Source: Bacteroides sp. UBA7335
GTDB lineage: Bacteria > Bacteroidota > Bacteroidia > Bacteroidales > Bacteroidaceae
Assembly: GCA_002471185.1 (NCBI GenBank)
Contig: DKPL01000003.1
Span: 1-56,284, forward strand
Direction of reading: 5' to 3'
Length of the DNA: 56,284 nucleotides
In this document: piece by piece, positions 48,652-56,284 of the stretch
Numbering within the stretch: position 1 is the stretch's first letter
How the letters are laid out: each line of letters begins with the position of its first letter
Position numbers and translations under genes: made by a program
The notes under the pieces: model-generated
The model's database searches: none
What the model was told of the DNA's origin: nothing
What the model saw: the letters and a program-made list of their open reading frames with translations, nothing else

Positions 48652-49764
48652 ATGAGATTAAAGCATTTATCTATTTTGAATTATAAGAATATTGAGCAAA
48701 CCGACCTCGAATTCTCGGCCAAACTGAACTGTTTTTTTGGTCAGAACGGTATGGGTAAAACCAATTTGCTCGATGCAGTTTATTTTCTCTCTTTTTGTAA
48801 GAGTTCACTCAACCCGATTGATTCGCAAAATATGATGCACAATCAGGATTTCTTTATGATTCAAGGCTTCTACGAAACAGCCGATGGCACTCCCGAAGAG
48901 ATTTACTGTGGCATGAAGCGTCGTAGCAAGAAGCAGTTTAAACGAAATAAAAAAGAGTATTCTCGACTTTCCGACCACATTGGTTTTATCCCTTTAGTTA
49001 TGGTTTCGCCTGCCGATGCCGATCTTATAGCGGGTGGCAGCGAAGAGCGTAGACGCTTTATGGATGTGGTGATATCGCAGTATGATAAAGAATACCTTGA
49101 GGCTTTGATTCGCTATAACAAGGCGATGACTCAGCGCAACACACTGCTCAAAAGTGACACGGTGGTTGACGAAGAATTGTTTTTGATTTGGGAAGAGATG
49201 ATGGCACAAACGGGTGAAGTTATTTATCAAAAACGCAAACTCTTTATTGAGGAGTTTGTACCGATATTTCAGACTTTCTACTCCACCATCTCTCAAGATA
49301 AAGAGCGAGTGGAGCTAACTTATGAGTCGCACGCTGAACGGGGGCCGTTGCTCGATACATTAAAAGATAGTAGAACTCGCGATTTGATTATGGGGTATTC
49401 ACTGCGTGGCATTCATAAAGATGAACTGAATATGATGTTGGGTGGTTTTCCTATCAAGCGTGAAGGGTCGCAAGGACAAAATAAAACTTATCTCATAGCG
49501 TTGAAGCTGGCTCAATTTGATTTTCTAAAGCGAACACGCAATACGGTGCCGTTGTTGTTGCTCGACGATATCTTCGACAAATTGGATGCTTCGCGGGTAG
49601 AGCAGATTGTGAAGCTAGTGGCAGGTGATAGTTTTGGACAGATTTTCATTACCGATACCAACCGTGAACACCTCGACCAGATTCTGCAAAAAGTGGGAAG
49701 CGACTATAAAATGTTTGAGGTAGTAAATGGTGTGATTTCGCAAATGAAAGGAGAGCAGGCATGA
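48652..49764 (+). CDS. recF: DNA replication/repair protein RecF
   Basis: GQNGMGKTN, ERRRFMD, GSQGQ and LLLDDIFDKLD motifs. Confidence 0.96.
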   Translation: MRLKHLSILNYKNIEQTDLEFSAKLNCFFGQNGMGKTNLLDAVYFLSFCKSSLNPIDSQNMMHNQDFFMIQGFYETADGTPEEIYCGMKRRSKKQFKRNKKEYSRLSDHIGFIPLVMVSPADADLIAGGSEERRRFMDVVISQYDKEYLEALIRYNKAMTQRNTLLKSDTVVDEELFLIWEEMMAQTGEVIYQKRKLFIEEFVPIFQTFYSTISQDKERVELTYESHAERGPLLDTLKDSRTRDLIMGYSLRGIHKDELNMMLGGFPIKREGSQGQNKTYLIALKLAQFDFLKRTRNTVPLLLLDDIFDKLDASRVEQIVKLVAGDSFGQIFITDTNREHLDQILQKVGSDYKMFEVVNGVISQMKGEQA

Positions 49765-50051
49765 GAAAACGCAATAGTGAACAGATTGGCAAATTGATTC
49801 AGCAGTTTCTGCGTCAAGAGTCACTAGAGTCGCCTCTCAATGAACAGCGTTTGTTGAGTGCTTGGCCCGAAGTTATCGGTCCGGCGATGGCTGCCTATAC
49901 CGGCGATCTTTACATTCGTAATCAAACTCTATTTGTTCATGTTACTTCGGCTGCTCTACGTCAGGAGTTGATGATGGGGCGCGACTTGCTGGTTCGTACG
50001 CTCAATAAGCGGGTAGGGGCATCTGTTATCACAAATATTATATTCAGGTAA
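49761..50051 (+). CDS. DUF721/DciA family protein
   Basis: WPEVIG and VTSAALRQEL motifs; coupled to recF by an ATGA overlap. Confidence 0.88.
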   Translation: MRKRNSEQIGKLIQQFLRQESLESPLNEQRLLSAWPEVIGPAMAAYTGDLYIRNQTLFVHVTSAALRQELMMGRDLLVRTLNKRVGASVITNIIFR

Positions 50052-50078
50052 CTTATAGCGGATTGATTGATTAGGTCG

Positions 50079-50166
50079 CCTTTTCTACCACGGTAGGTCT
50101 TCTTTTCTACCACGGTAGATCTCCTTTTCTACCACGGTAGATCTCCTTTTCTACCACGGTAGATCT
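50079..50166. repeat. Four tandem copies of a 22-bp palindromic unit
   Basis: CCTTTTCTACCACGGTAGATCT starting at 50079, 50101, 50123 and 50145; core palindrome TCTACC-AC-GGTAGA. Confidence 0.95.
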
Positions 50167-50245
50167 CTATCTTTAATGGATGCTTTGCTAACTGCTTTAT
50201 AATCAGTTGTATTGTTTGTTTTTGAAAGAGAGGCTTTTTGTCAGA

Positions 50246-50779
50246 TTATTTACAGATAACCTCATCCATTTGTATATCGAAGGGTTCGGATGGAACATGG
50301 TCGATAAGTTGAAACGGAAAGCAGATACCAATCTTAATGGCGTCAATTTGTGGCAAAAGTCGGTCGTAGTATCCTTTACCTCTGCCCAATCGATTGCCCT
50401 GAGAGTCAAAGCCCACTCCGGGGATAATGGCCAAGTCTATCTTATCATAATCGGTAAAAGGTTTGCCTTGGGGCTCAAGAATATTGTAAGCTCCAATGGC
50501 CAAATCGTGACTATCCGTATAATGTCGAAGCTCTAACACATCTCCCACCACTACTGGCAGAACAATGGTTTTGCTCTCGCACCATTTCTCGATAAACTCG
50601 TGTGTGTGAACCTCATCGGGTAGTGAGTAGTATAGCAATAGAACACTTGCCTCTTTGAACGCAGAGTGCTGTTCTAAAGAGGCAAGTGCTTGAGTTGAAA
50701 GTGCTTTAAGCGTTGCAACGCTCAGCGTTTTCTTCTGTTGCGCTATATGTTTGCGCAGTTCTCTTTTTTTCTCCTTCAT
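50246..50779 (-). CDS. 5-formyltetrahydrofolate cyclo-ligase
   Basis: PGVGFDSQGNRLGRGKGYYDR motif; start moved to MKEKKREL at 50779. Confidence 0.93.
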   Translation of the reverse strand: MKEKKRELRKHIAQQKKTLSVATLKALSTQALASLEQHSAFKEASVLLLYYSLPDEVHTHEFIEKWCESKTIVLPVVVGDVLELRHYTDSHDLAIGAYNILEPQGKPFTDYDKIDLAIIPGVGFDSQGNRLGRGKGYYDRLLPQIDAIKIGICFPFQLIDHVPSEPFDIQMDEVICK

Positions 50780-52439
50780 CTTTTGCAGTTTCGCTAGGTT
50801 GCTCAATGGTTTCGGGCGCTTTTGGAAAAGCTTCTCCCTTTTTTAAAACATCCAAAGCTCGTTTCACCGTTGGGTCAAACTCGTTGATAAATTTGATGTA
50901 GGCCTCTTTGCCGAGCATATTGTAAATGATGTTACCATAAACACTTCGCTCTAGGAGCTTATATGATTTTTGAATCAATATATTGCGTCTTTTCACCCCT
51001 TTGCTGTCTGCATAGCGGATGAATTGCTCTATCACACCTTGTTGGCGAAGATATTTCAACAGAGACTCTTCTGTATCATAGTTTTTCATCTTCTCGCGAT
51101 TGTTGTCGGTATACTGAAAGGCGAACTGAACCGATAATCCTTTGCTGAGTACCTCCGAGGCATACGAGGTAATGCCGGTGGTATCTTGTGGAACAAAAAT
51201 ATCGGGCATGATACCACCACCGCCATATACGGGGCGTCCCAGACTGGTAGAGAATCGTTGCGACTCGTCCATCTTTATGCTGTCTTTCGAAAAGAATTCG
51301 CCATGTGTATATCGATTGTACAAATCCATCTCATAGTTACGGTCTTTTCCGTTTTCGTAAGGACGCTGTATGCATCGACCGGCAGGAGTGTAGTAGCGAG
51401 CTATCGTTAAACGGATGGCCGAACCATCACTAAAGTCAACCGGTTGTTGAACCAACCCTTTACCAAACGAACGACGGCCAACAATGATACCGCGATCATT
51501 ATCTTGTATTGCACCCGAGAAAATCTCGCTAGCCGAAGCCGATCCCTCATCAATCAGTACCACAACAGGCAAGTCTTGACAGCTACCTGTACCGTTTGCA
51601 AAATACTCGTCCATACGTTTGTATTTGCGACCTTGCGCATACACTATCAGTTTGCCTTGTGGCAAAAACTCATTAACCATGCGTGTGGCAGCTTCCATGT
51701 ATCCGCCAGTATTGCCACGTAGGTCTATAATTAGTCCTTTTGTGCCTTTATGGCGAAGTTGTGCCAACGCATTGAGCAACTCTACGTGCGTGGTACGACC
51801 AAACTTGCTGATTTGTATGTATCCAAAATCATCGTCCATCATATAAGCAGCGTCAACCGTATTTTGCGGAATGTCACCGCGGGTAATGTCGAATGAAAGT
51901 AAATCCTTCTCGGAAGCGCGTTTAATGCCAAGCTTCACATGACTACCTTTAGGACCTTTCAGTTTTTTCATGGCACGCTCATTAGTCAGCTCTTTGCCCA
52001 CAAATATAGAGTCGTCAACCGTTACAATGCGGTCTCCTGCCATTAGCCCAATCTTTTCGGATGGACCACCCGATACAACCGAGTTGATATGAATCGTATC
52101 ATTTTGGATGGTAAACTGAATACCAATGCCGCTAAAGCTACCTTCGAGTTCAGATACAACCTCTTCTAAATTTTGCGCCGGTATATAAGTTGAGTGGGGG
52201 TCGAGCTCTCCTAAAATTTGAGGCATAGCCTTTTCAACCAAATCACCCATATCGACTGAGTCAACATACTGATCGTCGATAATGCGTAGCAATGCATTTA
52301 GCTTATTGGATGAACCATTAATGATACCCAGTCGGTTTCCGGTATAATGTTTGGTGTAAAATGTGCCTATTAAGATACCAATTACCACGCTGATAGCAAT
52401 GATAAATGGCATAAATCGCGAGGAGCCTTTCTTACTCAT
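50706..52439 (-). CDS. ctpA: S41A carboxyl-terminal processing protease
   Basis: LDPHS, PDZ GIGI, DLRGNTGG, SASASEI and FGKGLVQ motifs. Confidence 0.93.
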   Translation of the reverse strand: MSKKGSSRFMPFIIAISVVIGILIGTFYTKHYTGNRLGIINGSSNKLNALLRIIDDQYVDSVDMGDLVEKAMPQILGELDPHSTYIPAQNLEEVVSELEGSFSGIGIQFTIQNDTIHINSVVSGGPSEKIGLMAGDRIVTVDDSIFVGKELTNERAMKKLKGPKGSHVKLGIKRASEKDLLSFDITRGDIPQNTVDAAYMMDDDFGYIQISKFGRTTHVELLNALAQLRHKGTKGLIIDLRGNTGGYMEAATRMVNEFLPQGKLIVYAQGRKYKRMDEYFANGTGSCQDLPVVVLIDEGSASASEIFSGAIQDNDRGIIVGRRSFGKGLVQQPVDFSDGSAIRLTIARYYTPAGRCIQRPYENGKDRNYEMDLYNRYTHGEFFSKDSIKMDESQRFSTSLGRPVYGGGGIMPDIFVPQDTTGITSYASEVLSKGLSVQFAFQYTDNNREKMKNYDTEESLLKYLRQQGVIEQFIRYADSKGVKRRNILIQKSYKLLERSVYGNIIYNMLGKEAYIKFINEFDPTVKRALDVLKKGEAFPKAPETIEQPSETAKDEGEKKRTAQTYSATEENAERCNA

Positions 52440-52473
52440 GGTGTTAATTTCTTGTTTTCTTTATTATTTTGAT

Positions 52474-52905
52474 CTAGATTTTGGTTGTCTCAGGTTCAAT
52501 GTACACAACTTCTACGCCTGCTCGATGCAATAGTTCAACTCCATCTTCCAATCTATAATGTTCGGAGTAAACCACGCGTCGGATACCGGCTTGAATAATC
52601 AACTTAGAACATTCAATGCAAGGCGAAGCAGTGACATACATTGTAGCCCCTTCGCTACTATTGTTTGAGCGAGCTATTTTTGTTATTGCGTTGGCTTCTG
52701 CATGCAATACGTAAGGTTTTGTCAAGTTGTTTTCATCTTCGCATACATTTTCAAACCCCGAAGGAGTTCCATTATATCCGTCAGAGATAATCATCTTATC
52801 CTTTACAATCAATGCGCCTACCTTTCTGCGCTGGCAATATGAGTTTTCTGCCCATATAGCTGCCATTCGTATATAACGTTTGTCTAATTCTAATTGTTTA
52901 TCCAT
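52474..52905 (-). CDS. dCMP deaminase
   Basis: GYNGTPSG, HAEANA and PCIEC motifs. Confidence 0.93.
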   Translation of the reverse strand: MDKQLELDKRYIRMAAIWAENSYCQRRKVGALIVKDKMIISDGYNGTPSGFENVCEDENNLTKPYVLHAEANAITKIARSNNSSEGATMYVTASPCIECSKLIIQAGIRRVVYSEHYRLEDGVELLHRAGVEVVYIEPETTKI

Positions 52906-52923
52906 AGTCGTGTTGCAATTTTA

Positions 52924-53424
52924 CTATTTGTCAGGAGTAAATACAATACAGAGTGTTTCTGCGTTATACTCAAAATAGAGATATAAGTTGTGTTCATCTC
53001 CTGTATATGAAGTAGCCTTAGTCATCGCTTCAATAATAAATTTTCCTAGGGTGTCTTTGCTATCCTTCACTGAACTACTTTTCACTCTAGTGCTAAATGT
53101 ATTATCTACTCCGTTGGCTTGCCAAGTCCCATTCATTACTACTGCTCCACTGCCTACAAAGTCACCGCTGATTATATCGTTCTCGGTGCTACCCGTAAAT
53201 TCTACCTTAAAATAACGCGTTCCGGTAAGCGGGTTGTATGAGTCGAGAATCTTTTCATCAACTCCCGGAAACTTATACCAACTATACTCGTTCTTTTTTA
53301 CAATGTAAGTCATTCTCCAAGTTTTCCCGGTGAAAATCTTTTGCACATCATCCGAGTCGTTGCAACTTCCCAATAAAAAAGGAAGTAGCAACACCATTAA
53401 CCAACCCCATTTACCTTTTGCCAT
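52924..53424 (-). CDS. DUF4847-like lipoprotein
   Basis: Lipobox LGSC followed by NDSDDVQKIFTGKTW. Confidence 0.75.
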   Translation of the reverse strand: MAKGKWGWLMVLLLPFLLGSCNDSDDVQKIFTGKTWRMTYIVKKNEYSWYKFPGVDEKILDSYNPLTGTRYFKVEFTGSTENDIISGDFVGSGAVVMNGTWQANGVDNTFSTRVKSSSVKDSKDTLGKFIIEAMTKATSYTGDEHNLYLYFEYNAETLCIVFTPDK

Positions 53425-53444
53425 CGCGTTGTTTTTTTAAGGAA

Positions 53445-55550
53445 TTAATCAACAAGAATACCGTTTCTTTTTAGCAAAGCATCGATAGTTGGTTCTTGTC
53501 CTCTAAAGCGCTTGTAAATAACCATAGGGTGCTCAGTCCCGCCAGTCGAAAGAATATTGTAGCGGAATGCATCAGCTACTTCTTGATTAAATAATCCTTT
53601 CTCTTTGAACATTGAGAATGCATCTGCATCGAGAACTTCGGCCCATTTGTAGCTATAGTATCCAGCCGAATAACCACCGGCAAAAATATGCGAGAATTGA
53701 GTACTCATACACGTTTCATCTACTACAGGCAGAATTTGCGCTTTGCTCCATGCCTCTTTTTCAAATGCTTTCACATCGCCTGTGAAAGGTGTGTTACGAG
53801 TGAACCAAGCCATATCGAGTAAACCAAAGCTTACTTGACGCAAACAGGTATAGGCTGCATTGAAATTGGCAGCATCTTTGATACGCTTAATCAACTCGGC
53901 AGGAATGTTTTCGCCAGTTTGATAATGTTTGGCAAATGTATTTAAGAACTCTTCTTCTGTTGCAAAGTTTTCCATAATTTGCGAAGGAAGCTCCACAAAG
54001 TCGCGATAAACACTCGTTCCACTCATGCTTTCGTAGGTAGTGTTTGCAAACATACCGTGTAGTGCATGACCAAACTCATGCAAGAATGTTTCAAACTCGT
54101 CATAAGTAAGCAAAGATGGCTTACTTTCAGTTGGTTTGGTAAAGTTCATTACAATAGATACATGCGGACGTGTCTCTTTACCTGTCTTCTCATCTTTGCT
54201 TTGACCCTTATAATCTGTCATCCAAGCTCCCGAACGTTTGCCGGCACGCGGATGAAAATCTGTATAAAGCACAGATAGAAATTTGCCGTCTTTGTCGAAA
54301 ACTTCGTATGCGTCTACATCTTTGTGATATACCGGAATGTCGCTATTCTTTTTGAACGTGATGCCGTAAAGTTGAGTAGCTAAACCAAATACCCCCTTCT
54401 TTACATTTTCCAACTCGAAGTAAGGACGTAGCATCTCTTCGTTAAAATTGAATTTTTTGTCTTTCAGCTGTTCTGCATAAAAACCCCAATCCCAAGGCAT
54501 TAATTGGAAATCTGTACCTTGATTTTGACGTGCAAACTCTTGTAACTCTTGATATTCATTTTGAGCAATTGGCATATATGCATCAATCAGCTGATTGAGC
54601 AATGCATAAACTGCTTCGCTGTTTTCGGCCATACGTTCTTTCAAAACATATTCAGCAAAATTGTCGAAACCAAGAAGCTGAGCAATCTCCATGCGGGTGT
54701 TTACTAGCTCTTTTACAATTTCGATGTTGTTGTAATCATTGGCTTTTGTGCACTTAGTATTGTATGCCAAATAAAGCTCTTTACGTAAATCACGATTTTG
54801 AGAATATTGCATAAAAGGAATGTAGCTGGGGGCTTGAAGCGTAAAGCACCATCCCTCTTTTCCTTTTTCTTTTGCCGTTTCAGCAGCAGCAGCTATTACA
54901 TCATCAGGAAGACCAATAAGTTGTGACTTATCAGTCAATAACAACGTATATTCATTTGTTTCCTTCAGGTTGTTTTGTCCAAACTGAAGACTCAGTAAGT
55001 TCAACTTCTCTGATAGTTTACGGTATTTTTGTTGATCAGCTTCTGATAGATTTGCTCCATAACGAACAAAACCTTTATAGATTTTCTCAGTCAATCTTTT
55101 TTGTTCCGGGTTCAGGTTTAGCTCATCCATCTGATCGTACACAGACTTGATACGTGCAAAAAGCTTTGCATTTAATTGAATGTTATTGCTATGCTCGTTG
55201 AGTGCTGGAGCTAACTTTTGAGCTAAGTCTAGCATTTCATCATTTGTTTCTGCACTTTGCAAATTGCCAAATACGGTACCCACATGTCCAAATAGCTCTC
55301 CCGATTTTTCGTAAGCCAATATTGTGTTATCAAAAGTTGGAGCAGCCGGATTGTTTACTATGGCATCAATGTCAGCATTGTGTTGACGCATACCTTCGAT
55401 AATGGCCGGTTCATAATGTTCAACTTTGATTTTATCAAATGGAGCAGTATTGTGCGGGGTATTGTACTTTTCAAAAAAAGGATTCTGAGCGTTTATCATA
55501 CTTATAATGCAAGATGCTACAAGTGTAGCAGTTATTTTTCTAATATTCAT
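53445..55550 (-). CDS. dcp: M3 family peptidyl-dipeptidase Dcp
   Basis: KRSGAWM, HEFGHALH, DFVELPSQ and YSAGYYSYKWAEVL motifs. Confidence 0.93.
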   Translation of the reverse strand: MNIRKITATLVASCIISMINAQNPFFEKYNTPHNTAPFDKIKVEHYEPAIIEGMRQHNADIDAIVNNPAAPTFDNTILAYEKSGELFGHVGTVFGNLQSAETNDEMLDLAQKLAPALNEHSNNIQLNAKLFARIKSVYDQMDELNLNPEQKRLTEKIYKGFVRYGANLSEADQQKYRKLSEKLNLLSLQFGQNNLKETNEYTLLLTDKSQLIGLPDDVIAAAAETAKEKGKEGWCFTLQAPSYIPFMQYSQNRDLRKELYLAYNTKCTKANDYNNIEIVKELVNTRMEIAQLLGFDNFAEYVLKERMAENSEAVYALLNQLIDAYMPIAQNEYQELQEFARQNQGTDFQLMPWDWGFYAEQLKDKKFNFNEEMLRPYFELENVKKGVFGLATQLYGITFKKNSDIPVYHKDVDAYEVFDKDGKFLSVLYTDFHPRAGKRSGAWMTDYKGQSKDEKTGKETRPHVSIVMNFTKPTESKPSLLTYDEFETFLHEFGHALHGMFANTTYESMSGTSVYRDFVELPSQIMENFATEEEFLNTFAKHYQTGENIPAELIKRIKDAANFNAAYTCLRQVSFGLLDMAWFTRNTPFTGDVKAFEKEAWSKAQILPVVDETCMSTQFSHIFAGGYSAGYYSYKWAEVLDADAFSMFKEKGLFNQEVADAFRYNILSTGGTEHPMVIYKRFRGQEPTIDALLKRNGILVD

Positions 55551-55690
55551 GAAGTTTATAAATGTGTATTAATAACAACGTTTACACAAACGTACAAATT
55601 TTGTCGCTATTTTTGCTTAGAAGTTGATTCTTTTTAAAAAGTATTAGTGATTAACCTAATTTTTAATAGTTAAGTGATAGGTTTATTAAT

Positions 55691-55728
55691 AAAAAAAGGT
55701 CGCTTTGAGTAATCAAAGCGACCTTTTT
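55691..55728 (-). terminator. Terminator after gap
   Basis: AAAAAGGTCGCTTTGA / TCAAAGCGACCTTTTT inverted repeat. Confidence 0.85.
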
Positions 55729-55747
55729 AAAAGTTATATAAGGCTGA

Positions 55748-56284
<537 letters not shown>

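Noticed and set aside
50079-50166. 22-bp array as a CRISPR array or iterons
   Set aside because: The units are head-to-tail with no spacers, and there is no cas or rep gene nearby.
18440-50806. Longer N-termini given by the ORF track for the adaptor, rsgA, rhaA, kdgF and cyclo-ligase
   Set aside because: The extensions cover promoters, repeats or upstream genes; downstream ATGs match the family N-termini.

Overview
Chromosomal window from a Bacteroidales bacterium, most likely Bacteroides: it has TAnnTTTG -7 promoters, a hybrid two-component system and Bacteroides-type gene order. Housekeeping blocks are hflX-DUF4954-fumarase, an RND pump with rsgA and frr, rsmF, tRNA-Tyr/tRNA-Gly, ribH, recF-dciA, ctpA, dcp and a partial gap. 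Pectin-related genes are a PL10 lyase, rhaBATD, kdgF, a CE12-CE8 esterase and an HTCS. Accessory pieces include a cobalamin-riboswitch btuG-btuG-btuB locus preceded by a decayed Bro-N gene, an orphan fimbrillin, an ECF sigma/anti-sigma operon and a heavy-metal RND operon. The best novelty candidate is the 134-aa His/Cys-rich leader ORF ending in RGPP (35434-35838), followed by a terminator-like hairpin, directly upstream of the metal efflux operon; it may be a metal-sensing ribosome-arrest leader. Also notable are several intergenic arrays of palindromic repeats with a 22-23 nt period and a tRNA-Gly with a compensatory A19-U56 elbow pair. No CRISPR array, intact transposase or prophage was seen. 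All family assignments come from motif recognition, not from database searches.
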